Shown here: in pieces, positions 45,933 to 57,389 of the stretch
Numbering within the stretch: the first letter of the stretch is position 1
Layout of the letters: every line of letters begins with the position of its first letter
DNA from: Prochlorococcus sp. AG-402-K04
Lineage (GTDB): Bacteria; Cyanobacteriota; Cyanobacteriia; PCC-6307; Cyanobiaceae
Reading direction: 5' to 3'
Assembly (NCBI GenBank): GCA_003216895.1
Contig: QCID01000007.1
Span: 5,102 to 69,101, forward strand
DNA: 64,000 bases
The notes under the pieces: generated by a model
What the model was told of the DNA's origin: nothing
The model's database searches: none
The model's input: the letters and a program-made list of their open reading frames with translations, nothing else
Translations under genes and position numbers: made by a program

Positions 45933-46381
45933 AAATTCAAACTAGATTCATGAAGCCACAAATTTATTTGCTTAGATAATGAACATTTTTCTCTTGTAAT
46001 CGGATTTATCGATAAATGTTTAATACTTGTCATGCAGATTTTCTCACCATTCTTTTTAAATTTAAATCGAAGTACAAATGAAGACTCATTTATCTTCTCT
46101 GGATTCAGTTCGATATTGATAGTATCTCCAACATACAGTGGTTGAAAATAATTTGCTTCACAATGAACAACTGGTAAAGCTACATCCAGTTGGCTTCTAT
46201 TGATTTGGGTTGTAGGAAAAATTTCTTGTAAAACTATTCCGTATTTTTCTAAACTCTCTTCCCAAGTTTCATGACACCATCTGAATAATTCAAGGAAATG
46301 CACCACACCAGCAGCATCTGTCTCACCAAAACGAACCGTTCGTTTAAAACATAACCATTCTCTAGGATTACGCTTTTCCAA
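45929..46381 (-). CDS. 1,4-dihydroxy-2-naphthoyl-CoA hydrolase (4HBT thioesterase)
   Basis: VRFGETDAAGVVHF hotdog motif; adjacent to menE. Confidence 0.85.
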   Translation of the reverse strand: MEKRNPREWLCFKRTVRFGETDAAGVVHFLELFRWCHETWEESLEKYGIVLQEIFPTTQINRSQLDVALPVVHCEANYFQPLYVGDTINIELNPEKINESSFVLRFKFKKNGEKICMTSIKHLSINPITREKCSLSKQINLWLHESSLNF

Positions 46382-46386
46382 AAAAT

Positions 46387-47571
46387 CTATCTATCTACAG
46401 AACCCATAATCACATCAATAGAACCTAAGATCGCCATTATATCAGCGACCTTAGCTCCCTTCAGTATGTGAGGAAGTATCTGCAAATTATTAGAATCAGC
46501 TGCTCTAATTTTAAACCGCCAAGGAGTTACATCATTATTACCTTGAATAAATACTCCTATCTCTCCTTTCCCAGACTCAAGGCGAGTATACAATTCACCA
46601 TTAGGAATCTTAAAAGTAGGTGCGACTTTCTTAGCTACATATTGATAATCAAACCCTGATAAATCACCTTTTTTTCCCTCAATTGACCTTTGCGCCTCAA
46701 GATTTTCTGTTGCCCCCCCCGGAATCATCTCACAAGCTTGTCGTAATATTTTTAAAGACTGTCTCATTTCTTCAATACGAACTCTATATCTTGCATAACA
46801 ATCCCCCTCTTTCTCCCATGCAATGTCCCATTCAAAATCATCGTAACATTCATAATGATCTACCTTTCTCAAATCCCATGGGACACCTGCTGCCCGAAGC
46901 ATTGGTCCAGAGAGACTCCAGTTTATCGCTTGCTCTTTTCCTATGACTCCTAAACCTTCTATACGTCTACGAAAGATAGGGTTATTAGTTATCAATTTTT
47001 CATACTCATCAATTTTTGGACCAAACCAGTCACAAAAATCTTTGCATTTCTCTAACCAACCCCAAGGTAAATCACAAGCAACGCCACCAATACGAAAATA
47101 ATTATTATTAATCAATCTTTGACCTGTTGCAGCCTCCCATAAATCGTAAATCATCTCTCTTTCTCTAAAAATATAGAAGAAAGGAGTTTGAGCCCCAACA
47201 TCAGCCAAAAATGGGCCTAGCCATAGCAAATGATTAGCGATCCTATTCAACTCAAGCATTATCACTCTGATATAACTTGCTCTTTTAGGTACCTTGATAT
47301 TTGCTAAACGCTCAGGGGCATTAACAACAATGGCTTCATAGAACATACCAGCTGCGTAATCCATGCGACTCACGTAAGGAACAAACATGACATTTGTTCT
47401 ATTCTCAGCAATTTTCTCCATCCCTCGATGCAAGTAACCAATAACTGGTTCACAATCAACAACATCCTCTCCATCAAGGGTTACTACCAATCGCAATACC
47501 CCATGCATTGATGGATGATGTGGCCCAAAGTTGACCACCATTGGCTCCGTACGCGTTTCAAGCTGCGTCAT
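46387..47571 (-). CDS. ndhH: NDH-1 subunit H
   Basis: [37 protein letters not shown], terminal GSVDR; ATG at 47571. Confidence 0.97.
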   Translation of the reverse strand: MTQLETRTEPMVVNFGPHHPSMHGVLRLVVTLDGEDVVDCEPVIGYLHRGMEKIAENRTNVMFVPYVSRMDYAAGMFYEAIVVNAPERLANIKVPKRASYIRVIMLELNRIANHLLWLGPFLADVGAQTPFFYIFREREMIYDLWEAATGQRLINNNYFRIGGVACDLPWGWLEKCKDFCDWFGPKIDEYEKLITNNPIFRRRIEGLGVIGKEQAINWSLSGPMLRAAGVPWDLRKVDHYECYDDFEWDIAWEKEGDCYARYRVRIEEMRQSLKILRQACEMIPGGATENLEAQRSIEGKKGDLSGFDYQYVAKKVAPTFKIPNGELYTRLESGKGEIGVFIQGNNDVTPWRFKIRAADSNNLQILPHILKGAKVADIMAILGSIDVIMGSVDR

Positions 47572-47612
47572 TGGGCCCAACAAAAGCAATGTTTAAATAC
47601 TAGTGAAAACTT

Positions 47613-48521
47613 ATGAAAGCAGGGCCAATTAGTTCAAGTTCTAACTTTAATCATGTCCCTATAATGGGGAAAAAAATAATTCAATTACTAAAGGAATTAC
47701 CAAGTGAATTAACAAAACAAGGATTAATTATTGATGCCACCATTGGAGGAGGGGGGCATTCAGCTCAAATACTAGAAAATTTCCCAGGAATCAAAATTAT
47801 TGGGCTTGATCAAGACCCATTTGCTAGAGAAGCAGCATCAAAAAAATTAAAACCATTTGGAAAAAGAATAGAAATAATCTCTACAAACTTCGCAGATTTT
47901 TCATTTAACGAACAAGCCATTTGCGTCTTAGCGGATCTTGGAGTTAGTAGTCATCAACTTGATGAGCCTTCACGAGGTTTTAGCTTTCGTTTAAATGGTC
48001 CAATAGATATGCGCATGAATCCCAAAGAGGGTTCAAGTGCAGCCGAACTTATTGAAACTCTCTCTGAGGAGGATCTAGCTGATTTAATATATGAATTAGG
48101 AGAAGAAAAACGCTCTAGGCGGATTGCAAGAAAAATAAAAAATGATCTAGCAGCAAATGGACCATACTCTGGAACTAAAGAACTTTCTTATGCAATTGCC
48201 GGATGCTTCCCACCCAAGCAAAGATATGGTCGGATTCATCCCTCAACAAGAACTTTTCAGGCTTTAAGAATAGCTGTGAATAATGAATTAGGCTCGCTCG
48301 ACAGTTTACTTTTAAAAGCTCCAAACTGCTTGCTAGAGAATGGTCTATTTATGGTAATGAGTTTTCATTCGCTAGAAGATAGAAGAGTAAAATCGAGTTT
48401 TAAAACTGACGATAGATTAAAAGTACTTTCTAAAAAACCTATTAGAGCAAGCCCTGAAGAGATAGAATTAAATCCAAGAAGTAAAAGTGCAAAGTTAAGA
48501 ATGTCTGCAAAGAAATTTTAA
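47613..48521 (+). CDS. rsmH: 16S rRNA m4C1402 methyltransferase
   Basis: [44 protein letters not shown]. Confidence 0.96.
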   Translation: MKAGPISSSSNFNHVPIMGKKIIQLLKELPSELTKQGLIIDATIGGGGHSAQILENFPGIKIIGLDQDPFAREAASKKLKPFGKRIEIISTNFADFSFNEQAICVLADLGVSSHQLDEPSRGFSFRLNGPIDMRMNPKEGSSAAELIETLSEEDLADLIYELGEEKRSRRIARKIKNDLAANGPYSGTKELSYAIAGCFPPKQRYGRIHPSTRTFQALRIAVNNELGSLDSLLLKAPNCLLENGLFMVMSFHSLEDRRVKSSFKTDDRLKVLSKKPIRASPEEIELNPRSKSAKLRMSAKKF

Positions 48522-48534
48522 AATAGACTTAAAC

Positions 48535-49698
48535 TTATTGTCTAAGATTAAGCACTGTATTTGTAATAATCTCAACAGCCTCTTTGATATCTTTCTGAGT
48601 AGTATTTCTACCAATACTCATCCTTATTGATGCTTCAGCATCTTTTCTGCTTAGTCCTATCTCCTTCAAAACATGAGAAGCTTCACCATTACTGCATGCT
48701 GAACCACTAGTACAAAAAATAAACCTTCGTAATTGACCATGCAATTGACTTCCCTTCATACCAGGGAAAGTGATATTGAGATTATGAGGCAATCTTTGAT
48801 CGATAGATCCATTAACTTTCAATCCAGAAATATTCTTTGTTAATCCACTTAACAATGAGTTCCTAAAAAATAAAAGTCTCTGATTCCTCTCATCCTGATC
48901 ACTTTTTGTTATTTCGACTGCCTTTCCAAAGCCAACAATTAAAGGGACAGGGAGTGTGCCAGATCTTAATCCAAGCTCCTGACCTCCTCCATATTGAGAT
49001 GCTTCCAGAGGGAATCCTTCCCTAATCACCAAAGCCCCAATACCTTTGGGGCCATAGATTTTGTGAGCACTTAAGCTCATCAAATCAATGTGAAATTTGT
49101 CGGGGTCTAAATCTATGTATCCCAAAGCTTGAGCGGCATCAGTATGAAAAGCGATTCCCTTGTTCTTACAAAAAGACCCAATTTCGGCAATAGGTTGCAA
49201 AACCCCTATCTCATTATTTGCAGCCATTACACTCACCAAAAAAGTATCTTTTTCAACAGCTTCAGAAAGTTGTTCAATATTGATTAAACCATCTTTATTC
49301 GGTTTTAATTCTGACAACCGGAAGCCTTCTTTTTGAAGCTGCCTAAGGGGATCAAGGACTGCATGATGTTCAGTGGACACGGTAATTATATGTCCAGGTT
49401 TTCCAATGAGTTGTGCTTTAGCTCTTGCATGTCCAACTAAACCCAAATTATTTGCTTCTGTTGCCCCACTCGTGAAAATTAATCTTTTTGGATTGATGTT
49501 CAAATATGAAGCTATTTTTTCACGAGATACTTCTACTGCCGCTGACGCAAAAACACCGGATCTATTATTGGTATTAGAGGGATTACCCCACAACTCATTC
49601 CAATAAGGAGCCATCTCCTCAACTACCTTCGTACAACATGGTGTTGAGGATTGAAAATCAAAAATCAGATGATTATTATCCATTGATTCATTCGTCAA
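48535..49698 (-). CDS. iscS: Cysteine desulfurase (IscS/NifS family)
   Basis: GNPS, FTSGATEANN, TDAAQ, SAHKIYGPKG, SGSAC. Confidence 0.9.
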   Translation of the reverse strand: MTNESMDNNHLIFDFQSSTPCCTKVVEEMAPYWNELWGNPSNTNNRSGVFASAAVEVSREKIASYLNINPKRLIFTSGATEANNLGLVGHARAKAQLIGKPGHIITVSTEHHAVLDPLRQLQKEGFRLSELKPNKDGLINIEQLSEAVEKDTFLVSVMAANNEIGVLQPIAEIGSFCKNKGIAFHTDAAQALGYIDLDPDKFHIDLMSLSAHKIYGPKGIGALVIREGFPLEASQYGGGQELGLRSGTLPVPLIVGFGKAVEITKSDQDERNQRLLFFRNSLLSGLTKNISGLKVNGSIDQRLPHNLNITFPGMKGSQLHGQLRRFIFCTSGSACSNGEASHVLKEIGLSRKDAEASIRMSIGRNTTQKDIKEAVEIITNTVLNLRQ

Positions 49699-49761
49699 GC
49701 TAAATAATAGTCAGGAATAAAGGTTAATATCCTCTGTAAAAACTCTATAAGATCCAATTTT

Positions 49762-50490
49762 ATGAGTAATTCAAATCCATCAACACAAGAAGTTTCTCAA
49801 ACTCCAAGGATATTACTTGTCGATGACGAGCCTGGTTTAAGAACTGCTGTTCAGGCTTATCTTGAAGATGAAGGATTTCAAGTTACAACTGCTGTAGATG
49901 GAGAAGATGGATGGGGAAAAGCTCAAAAAATGATCCCTGATGTAATTATTAGTGACGTTATGATGCCTAGATGTGATGGTTATGGGCTTTTAAAGAAAAT
50001 CAGAGAAGATGAAAGACTTGGAGGTACGCCTGTCATTTTCCTTACTGCTAAGGGTATGACTGCTGATAGAACTCAAGGGTATCAAGCTGGTGTAGACGAT
50101 TACATGCCAAAACCATTTGATCCCGATGAGCTAGTTGCAAGAGTTAAGAATGTAGTTCAGCGGCAAGAGCGATTATTAACTGAAGCAGCCAGATTCGCGA
50201 ATGCTGATGTTGGCCAAATGGCAAAACAGATTACAGAAATCAAATCGATGCTTAGCCATGGGGATAAAAATAACTCACGTAAAGATGATTCGATTCCTAA
50301 TTTCACCCCAAGAGAGGCGAGCGTTTTGCAACTAGTAGCAGAAGGTTTAATGAACAAAGAAATTGCAAGACAACTTGAAACTTCTATCCGCAATGTAGAG
50401 AAATATGTGAGTCGATTATTTATTAAAACCGGTACTTCTAGTAGAACAGAATTAGTTAGATATGCACTTGAAAATCATTTAGTTACCTAA
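49762..50490 (+). CDS. NarL/LuxR-family response regulator (Ycf29/Rre1-like)
   Basis: Receiver domain (VDD, DVMMP, KPF) plus LuxR HTH TPRE...GLMNKEIA. Confidence 0.9.
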   Translation: MSNSNPSTQEVSQTPRILLVDDEPGLRTAVQAYLEDEGFQVTTAVDGEDGWGKAQKMIPDVIISDVMMPRCDGYGLLKKIREDERLGGTPVIFLTAKGMTADRTQGYQAGVDDYMPKPFDPDELVARVKNVVQRQERLLTEAARFANADVGQMAKQITEIKSMLSHGDKNNSRKDDSIPNFTPREASVLQLVAEGLMNKEIARQLETSIRNVEKYVSRLFIKTGTSSRTELVRYALENHLVT

Positions 50491-50522
50491 ATCTATTTTT
50501 GAAACCTAAAAATTTTATCTCT

Positions 50523-51224
50523 CTAGGATTTCACAAATTCTATTAATTTCGAAAAATAGAAAGGAGCTTGATTCAACTTACTTTTGACCACTTTAAATCC
50601 AGATTGCTTTGCAGCTTCAATAATTCCGGTCTCCCGTAATGTATAGGCCCGAGTAGTTTTACTTGGTCCAGGGAATAGTTGACCAATACCTTTCAAAAGG
50701 GCTAGGAAAGGAGTATAGGGTGCAAAGCTAACAATTAATCTCTCATCAGATAATTTACAGAGATGCTTTACCATTTCTTCAGCCTCCTTTTGAGGGTAAT
50801 GAATGAATACATCTAGGCAAATAACTGTATTAAATGAACCTTGTAAATTCTCTAAATCAGATGTTCGAAAATTCATCTTATTTAAATCCAAACCAGCTTG
50901 CTTTGCCCTACTTTTTGTCTCATTTATCATGGCTTCAGAAATATCACTTAAATGAATTGATTTAGCACCCAATTTTGCTAATGGAATACTTAAACTACCA
51001 ACACCGCAGCCAGCATCACAAAAACTTTTATCCTTGATATTTTCATACTCTTTCAACCAAGTAATAACATCATCAACTGTCTTTTGGTGTCCTATCCTTA
51101 TATTTTTTTGGACTTTATTTACATCATCACTTTCGCTATATATTCGATTCCATCTATCAAACCCAGTCCCATTGAAATATTCAGTGACTTCCGCCTTTTC
51201 ATTGTTCTCAATTTGCGTTGTCAT
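50523..51224 (-). CDS. chlM: Mg-protoporphyrin IX methyltransferase
   Basis: YFNGTGFDRW, DAGCGVG, CLDVFIHYP. Confidence 0.95.
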   Translation of the reverse strand: MTTQIENNEKAEVTEYFNGTGFDRWNRIYSESDDVNKVQKNIRIGHQKTVDDVITWLKEYENIKDKSFCDAGCGVGSLSIPLAKLGAKSIHLSDISEAMINETKSRAKQAGLDLNKMNFRTSDLENLQGSFNTVICLDVFIHYPQKEAEEMVKHLCKLSDERLIVSFAPYTPFLALLKGIGQLFPGPSKTTRAYTLRETGIIEAAKQSGFKVVKSKLNQAPFYFSKLIEFVKS

Positions 51225-51252
51225 TTAATCAGATCATTACCTCTTCACAATC

Positions 51253-52413
51253 TTACGCAGCCAACTGCCAAGACAACTGATGATTACAAGAATTTATTTT
51301 CCATCGAAGCAAAGATTGCAGATTTTTTCCAATAAAAAAAGATTTTGCAGTCATTTTTTTCTGACTTAATACCATACGTGGAGCAAGTGTTGCCATCCAA
51401 ATCGCCGCAGAAGGATCATTTATCCAATTAGCTATATTTTTGCATGCATCTAGTAAAGGCAAAGTGGATCCTGCTATTGTTTTATTTGGAAGTCTGCATA
51501 AACCATTTTCCACTGTTATCAAGCGTTTGTCCCAATTAAACGATCCATCTCCTAAACCATAAGCTGATATTGCATCGCTAACTAAGACAATTTGCTTTGG
51601 TACAAGTATTTTTAAAAGCCTAATCATATCTGAATGAACATGAACACCATCAGCGATCAGTCCTAGGAAGACATCATCTCTTCTTGCTGCCGCTCCTATA
51701 GGACCAATAGCTCGATGATGCAAACCTTTCATTGCATTAAAAGTATGCGTAACCATAGTCACTCCATTATTAAAAGCTTCCATCGCCGAATCAAAATCAG
51801 CTGAAGAATGTCCTAGTGAAACCACGATATTTAACTCTCTTAGACGAGAAATGACATCCAAAGAACCTTTTAATTCTGGAGCTAATGTCATTAACGCTAC
51901 ATCATCTTCAAATCCCTTTATTCTCTCATTTAAAGCAGAAATACTTGGCTTACAAATACTTTCTATCTCATGTGCTCCAGAATATGATTCACACAAAAAA
52001 GGTCCTTCCATATGAGCTCCAAGAATTCGACATCGATTAATCGAAGTATGTTTTTTAGTTTCCTTTAAGACCTTCATTCCTAATTGGAATTGATCTAGAG
52101 AACAACTAACAAAAGTCGGACAAATTCCTTCAACTCCATCAAGCCAAAGTCGATCAAGAAATGTTAATAACTTAGGTATTTTATTAAAAGTTAAATCTGT
52201 AAATGAGATCCCCAAACCTCCATTTATTTGAAGATCAATCGCTCTTGGACTTAGCCAATCACCACACCAATCTTCGTCATAGATTCCTTTTCTATTGGAA
52301 CTTTTATCAATCGAGAGAATAATTCCATGTTCGTCTAAAACTAGTGAGAATAAACTATTTTCATCTTCCCTTTTATCTGGTTGAGGTAATTTTATGTTTG
52401 TAATTTTTCTCAT
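51253..52413 (-). CDS. nagA: N-acetylglucosamine-6-phosphate deacetylase
   Basis: DLQING, GAHMEGPF, TLAPE, THTFNAM, ADGVH, AGSTL. Confidence 0.92.
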   Translation of the reverse strand: MRKITNIKLPQPDKREDENSLFSLVLDEHGIILSIDKSSNRKGIYDEDWCGDWLSPRAIDLQINGGLGISFTDLTFNKIPKLLTFLDRLWLDGVEGICPTFVSCSLDQFQLGMKVLKETKKHTSINRCRILGAHMEGPFLCESYSGAHEIESICKPSISALNERIKGFEDDVALMTLAPELKGSLDVISRLRELNIVVSLGHSSADFDSAMEAFNNGVTMVTHTFNAMKGLHHRAIGPIGAAARRDDVFLGLIADGVHVHSDMIRLLKILVPKQIVLVSDAISAYGLGDGSFNWDKRLITVENGLCRLPNKTIAGSTLPLLDACKNIANWINDPSAAIWMATLAPRMVLSQKKMTAKSFFIGKNLQSLLRWKINSCNHQLSWQLAA

Positions 52414-52492
52414 TTCTTAAAAACTAAAAATAATTAATGCAGGATTCACAAATAATTGGCATTATTAATAATGAGATTTATAAAATCGAGAA

Positions 52493-53029
52493 TTGTCTTT
52501 AAACGAAGCTAATACATTTAAGGAAGTGGCAGTATTAATGGGAAGTGATTCAGATCTTAAAACTCTTCAGCCTGCTGTTGCAATTCTAGATCAATTTGGC
52601 ATATCTAATGAGGTAAGGATCTTATCTGCACATAGAACTCCAAAAGAAATGATGGATTTTGCTCAGATGGCAGAATCAAATGGTTTTGGAGTGATAATTG
52701 CGGGGGCTGGAGGGGCTGCTCATTTACCTGGAATGATCGCATCGCTTACGACCCTTCCAGTGATAGGAGTTCCTGTCAAAAGCAAGGCGCTTTCAGGAAT
52801 AGATTCTATGTATTCAATCTTGCAAATGCCCTCAGGAATCCCAGTAGCAACGGTTGCTATTGAAGGAGGCCTAAATGCTGGCCTTTTAGCTGCTCAAATT
52901 TTGGCAGTTAACAATACTGAATTAACAAATAAATTAAAAACCTACAGATCTGAGCTGCACGAACTTGTCGTAAAAAAAGATCAAATACTTAAAGAGATTG
53001 GAGCCAAAACGTACCTAGAAAAAATGTAA
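52493..53029 (+). CDS. purE: N5-CAIR mutase
   Basis: MGSDSD, SAHRTP, AGAGGAAHLPG, QMPSGIPVATV. Confidence 0.97.
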   Translation: MSLNEANTFKEVAVLMGSDSDLKTLQPAVAILDQFGISNEVRILSAHRTPKEMMDFAQMAESNGFGVIIAGAGGAAHLPGMIASLTTLPVIGVPVKSKALSGIDSMYSILQMPSGIPVATVAIEGGLNAGLLAAQILAVNNTELTNKLKTYRSELHELVVKKDQILKEIGAKTYLEKM

Positions 53030-53059
53030 TGAACTTGAAATTCATCATTACATTTTTTA

Positions 53060-53695
53060 CTAAGCAATTTTGGAAATAATCTTTTTCTTCATAAGCAAGT
53101 TAGTAACTAGATCTACACATTTATCAATCTCTAAATTTCCAGTATCAATTTTCAATTCTGGAGACTGAGGATCTTCATAAGGACTTGAGATTCCAGTGAA
53201 ATCTTTGATGTCTCCAGTTCTTGCCTTGGCATAAAGTCCTTTTGTATCTCTTGTTTCACAAACCCCTAAATCAGCTGCACAATATATTTCTATAAAATCA
53301 TTTTCTCCAACTAATGATCTTGCATTATCGCGATCGGCTCTAAATGGAGATACGAATGCAGTTAAAACAATTATTCCAGCGTCAAGAAACAATTTAGAGA
53401 CTTCGCCAATTCTTCTAATATTTTCTTCTCTGTCAAGATCAGAAAAACCTAAGTCTTTGCATAAACCATGTCTGATGTTGTCACCATCTAAAACATAAGT
53501 TGAATAACCATTTTTGTGGAGAGCTACATTTACTGCATTGGCAAGCGTGCTTTTCCCTGAACCAGATAGCCCTGTAAACCAAAGTATTGCACTGCTATGT
53601 CCTCTTAGCTGAGATCTATCTTCTCTATTCACTGAAGATTGATGCCAAACTATATTGGTGGCTTTTGATAGGGGACTTTGAGATTTTTGTTCCAT
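53060..53695 (-). CDS. cysC: Adenylyl-sulfate kinase
   Basis: WFTGLSGSGKST, LDGDNIRHGL, FTGISSPYE. Confidence 0.97.
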   Translation of the reverse strand: MEQKSQSPLSKATNIVWHQSSVNREDRSQLRGHSSAILWFTGLSGSGKSTLANAVNVALHKNGYSTYVLDGDNIRHGLCKDLGFSDLDREENIRRIGEVSKLFLDAGIIVLTAFVSPFRADRDNARSLVGENDFIEIYCAADLGVCETRDTKGLYAKARTGDIKDFTGISSPYEDPQSPELKIDTGNLEIDKCVDLVTNLLMKKKIISKIA

Positions 53696-53747
53696 GAATT
53701 CAGACTAATTGTTTACTATTCTCCATGTTGATCGACAAAGTTTATTC

Positions 53748-54071
53748 TTAACCTCCACTCTGTTTTGGCCTAAAACCCTCATTAACAAGAAATTCTTGAG
53801 CTTTTGATATTTGATCTCCTTGTAACTCTAAAAAATCGCCTTTTAGAGCTCCCCCTGTCCCGCAAGCTATTTTTAAATTCTTAAGAATTTGTTTTGCCTC
53901 TTCTTGCTTTAATTCAAGTCCTTTAATAACAGTAACAAGTTTTCCTTTTTTCCCAGATCTAGTTCTTTCCAAACGAACTTGTCGCTTTCCTTTAGGAGTA
54001 ACACTATTTTGAGTGTCATTCCCTATTGTCTTAAGAGGGTCATTGAATTCACTCCAGCCACCTTTGGACAT
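53748..54071 (-). CDS. yciH: SUI1/YciH translation initiation factor-like protein
   Basis: GKKGKLVTVIKG, CGTGG, LQGD. Confidence 0.88.
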   Translation of the reverse strand: MSKGGWSEFNDPLKTIGNDTQNSVTPKGKRQVRLERTRSGKKGKLVTVIKGLELKQEEAKQILKNLKIACGTGGALKGDFLELQGDQISKAQEFLVNEGFRPKQSGG

Positions 54072-54111
54072 TTTTTTGTGTTTTGGCTGGCAACTATTTT
54101 CTTAATCTAAG

Positions 54112-55365
54112 GTGACAGGTACACTCCCAACACAATTTAAAGATTCGGATTTATCTCCATTCACAAGGCCAAATGCTCTTGGTCGATTTGGTAAGTATGG
54201 GGGGCAATATGTTCCTGAAACTTTAATACCTGCTCTTATTGAATTAGAGCAAGCTGCGAAAGAAGCATGGAAAGATTCTTCCTTCAATTCAGACCTGAAT
54301 CATTTACTAAAAACTTACGTAGGAAGATCCACACCTCTCTATGAAGCCAAAAGATTAACTGAACATTATAGAAAAAATACATTAAAAGGACCACGGATTT
54401 GGCTTAAACGGGAAGACTTGAATCACACAGGTGCTCACAAAATAAATAATGCACTTGGGCAAGCTCTTCTTGCGATACGGATGGGGAAAAAAAGAATTAT
54501 TGCTGAAACTGGAGCTGGTCAGCATGGAGTTGCGACTGCGACAGTCTGCGCTCGTTTTGGATTGGAATGCATTATCTATATGGGAAAAGAAGATATGCGA
54601 AGACAGGCGTTAAACGTATTTCGAATGCAATTACTTGGAGCCTCAGTTAAGCCAGTGACAAGTGGAACTGCGACACTAAAAGATGCAACCAGCGAAGCTA
54701 TTAGAGATTGGGTTACTAATGTTGAAACCACACACTATATTCTAGGGTCAGTTGCTGGTCCACATCCATATCCAATGTTGGTAAGAGATTTTCACGCAGT
54801 TATTGGAGAAGAAACAAAGCAACAATGTAACCAAGCTTTTGGTAGGTCTCCAGATATTCTTTTAGCTTGTGTTGGTGGCGGATCAAATGCGATGGGCCTT
54901 TTCCATCCTTTTGTTGAAGACAAAAATGTGCGAATGATTGGCGTTGAAGCTGCTGGAGATGGAGTCGAAACTGGTCGACATGCAGCAACAATTACGGAAG
55001 GCAGGATAGGAGTTCTTCATGGTGCCATGAGTCTCTTACTACAGGACAAAAATGGTCAGGTTGAAGAGGCTCATTCCATTAGCGCAGGTCTTGATTATCC
55101 AGGTGTTGGACCGGAGCACAGTTACTTAAAAGAAATTGGACGTGCTGAATATGCTGCTGTTACTGATAGTGAAGCAATAGAAGCTCTGCAATTAGTTAGT
55201 CAATTAGAAGGTATTATTCCTGCGCTCGAAACTTCTCATGCATTCGCATATCTCGAGAAACTTTGCCCAACGCTCAATAATCATTCTGAAATAGTAATTA
55301 ACTGCTCTGGAAGAGGAGATAAAGATGTCAATACGGTTGCGGAAAAATTAGGATCCAAAATATAA
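54112..55365 (+). CDS. trpB: Tryptophan synthase beta chain
   Basis: [39 protein letters not shown]. Confidence 0.98.
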   Translation: MTGTLPTQFKDSDLSPFTRPNALGRFGKYGGQYVPETLIPALIELEQAAKEAWKDSSFNSDLNHLLKTYVGRSTPLYEAKRLTEHYRKNTLKGPRIWLKREDLNHTGAHKINNALGQALLAIRMGKKRIIAETGAGQHGVATATVCARFGLECIIYMGKEDMRRQALNVFRMQLLGASVKPVTSGTATLKDATSEAIRDWVTNVETTHYILGSVAGPHPYPMLVRDFHAVIGEETKQQCNQAFGRSPDILLACVGGGSNAMGLFHPFVEDKNVRMIGVEAAGDGVETGRHAATITEGRIGVLHGAMSLLLQDKNGQVEEAHSISAGLDYPGVGPEHSYLKEIGRAEYAAVTDSEAIEALQLVSQLEGIIPALETSHAFAYLEKLCPTLNNHSEIVINCSGRGDKDVNTVAEKLGSKI

Positions 55366-55377
55366 ATTTAAAAGCCA

Positions 55378-55734
55378 TTAATACCTTGGAACAGATTGAT
55401 CGACATCTCTACTCCAAGCATCTATTCCACCTACAAGGTTCAAAACGGTTTTTCTGATTCCTTGTTCTAGTAACCAAATACCAAAATTGAGACTTCTTAC
55501 ACCTGCATGACATACCACAACAATAGGGGCATCATTAGGTAAAAGTTCTTCTATTTCACCTGACCAGTGTGCGGCCTTACTTAAAGGTAGATGCAATACT
55601 GTAAAAGGAAATGAAGCAATAGCAATTTCATCGTCCTCCCTTACATCTATAATGAATGGTTTTTCAGAGCAATCATCATCTAACAATTTATTTAACTCTT
55701 TTGGAGATATATTTAAAGGGATATTCTTCTTCAT
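55378..55734 (-). CDS. Single-domain rhodanese
   Basis: IDVRE, CHAGVRS active loop, LVGGIDAW. Confidence 0.9.
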   Translation of the reverse strand: MKKNIPLNISPKELNKLLDDDCSEKPFIIDVREDDEIAIASFPFTVLHLPLSKAAHWSGEIEELLPNDAPIVVVCHAGVRSLNFGIWLLEQGIRKTVLNLVGGIDAWSRDVDQSVPRY

Positions 55735-55811
55735 AATTAAAATTTAAAATAAAGATTAAACTTTCTCATATCAAAGCTAAGAAAGTATACAAAAGCTCAA
55801 ATAATTAAGAA

Positions 55812-57389
55812 ATGAAATCACGTCTATCATATTTTTTAATATCTGGCATCATAATTACATTAGTATTCACAGGAATATTCATCTGGCCTAATAATAATCT
55901 TAATATAATTCCTAAGCCAAATGAAAAATCATACACTACTCCCATTTCTTCAAAATATATACCAGAAAATGCTGATCTAGTTTTTCACTGGAAAATAAAT
56001 CCTTCAATTTTAGCAAATTATGTAGAGAGTTTTCCAGGTAAGCTGAAAAAAAATATTACTAATAAAACGACAAGATTACTCAGAGACTCTTCTTTAAATT
56101 TATTAAGTCTTGATTTCGAAAGAGATATCTCAAAGTGGGCAGGAGAATATGGAAGCTTTGCATTATTAGATACAAAAAATCACGATTTAAACGATTGGCT
56201 TTTGGTTTTAGAAATAAATAAAAATTATAATACAGAAGAAGCATTAGAAGCAATTACAAGTGAAAATAATGATGATCTAATAACAATTTCAATTGATAAA
56301 TTACAAATATCAAAATCAAAAATAATTTCAAGAAAAATTAATTTAGATCAATCAATTTATTTTTTGAAGGATAAAGATTATATTTTAATTGCGTCTAGTC
56401 CAAAAATAATAGAATTATCAATTAATCAAGTAGAAACTAGTACATTAAGCACAAAGGAAAAGTATAAGAGTATTCAATTAAAAGATAATATTAATGATGG
56501 TATTCTATTACTAGAAATGTCACCAAATAAAATTTTCAATCTCATAGGTCAAGAAAAAGATCTATTTGAATTGAATAAAGCAAACAAATTAATTTCATCA
56601 ATCAATTTTGACAATAAGAAATTATATATAGAAGGTGTAGTCTCTTTTGATATTAGAAAAGAGAATATAGGAAATGGTATTGGCTATGATTTAATTGATC
56701 AAGAAAAACAAATCAAAGCATTTGATGATTATATATTAATTGACAACCCTAAACAATATTTCGGAACAAATTCTAGTCATCCTCTACAAAAATCAATCGC
56801 ATCGATTATTCAAAAATCAATGACAACAGATTATTCTAATTTATTCAAAATTATTCTTGAAAATACTACAGGAAATTTAATATGGCTAAAAGATAAAGAG
56901 TGGTTAGCTTTAACTGAAAAATTGTATACAAATAAGAAAGAGATAAATAATATTTTAAATAAAAATAAATTCTTAAATTCGCACCTTGATTTTGAAAATA
57001 AAAACCTAGAGGTTTGGTCAAAATTCACTACAATGAATAACGAGAAAGTCGAGCTTAAAGAGAGTATTGAAGCAATTATTCAAGAAAATCAAGATGTATA
57101 TATTTGGAGTCAAGATCTGTCATCTATTTCTAGTTTTTGGGAGAAAGAGTTCTTAAAAACTAATATAAATAGTGATATTAATAAAGATAAAACTAATTCT
57201 TTTGATGATATCATAAAAATACACTTAGGGAAAGGAAAAACCGAGGTATTTTTAGATAGTTTTTATCCTTATATCTTACTTAGAACGATGCTAGGGAATA
57301 AATTGAATTTCCCTCAGAATATTGATATATCTATTTCAACACCTACAATTAATTATCCAGACTTCGTGAAATTCAAAATCAACTCATGA
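55812..57389 (+). CDS. Hypothetical membrane-anchored exported protein (DUF3352-like)
   Basis: 525-aa ORF with an N-terminal TM helix; very AT-, N-, K- and I-rich; family assignment is from context only. Confidence 0.7.
   Translation: MKSRLSYFLISGIIITLVFTGIFIWPNNNLNIIPKPNEKSYTTPISSKYIPENADLVFHWKINPSILANYVESFPGKLKKNITNKTTRLLRDSSLNLLSLDFERDISKWAGEYGSFALLDTKNHDLNDWLLVLEINKNYNTEEALEAITSENNDDLITISIDKLQISKSKIISRKINLDQSIYFLKDKDYILIASSPKIIELSINQVETSTLSTKEKYKSIQLKDNINDGILLLEMSPNKIFNLIGQEKDLFELNKANKLISSINFDNKKLYIEGVVSFDIRKENIGNGIGYDLIDQEKQIKAFDDYILIDNPKQYFGTNSSHPLQKSIASIIQKSMTTDYSNLFKIILENTTGNLIWLKDKEWLALTEKLYTNKKEINNILNKNKFLNSHLDFENKNLEVWSKFTTMNNEKVELKESIEAIIQENQDVYIWSQDLSSISSFWEKEFLKTNINSDINKDKTNSFDDIIKIHLGKGKTEVFLDSFYPYILLRTMLGNKLNFPQNIDISISTPTINYPDFVKFKINS

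Noticed and set aside
46713-46720. C8 homopolymer in ndhH as a phase-variation site
   Set aside because: Frame intact (encodes PGGA) in a core gene; no evidence of switching.
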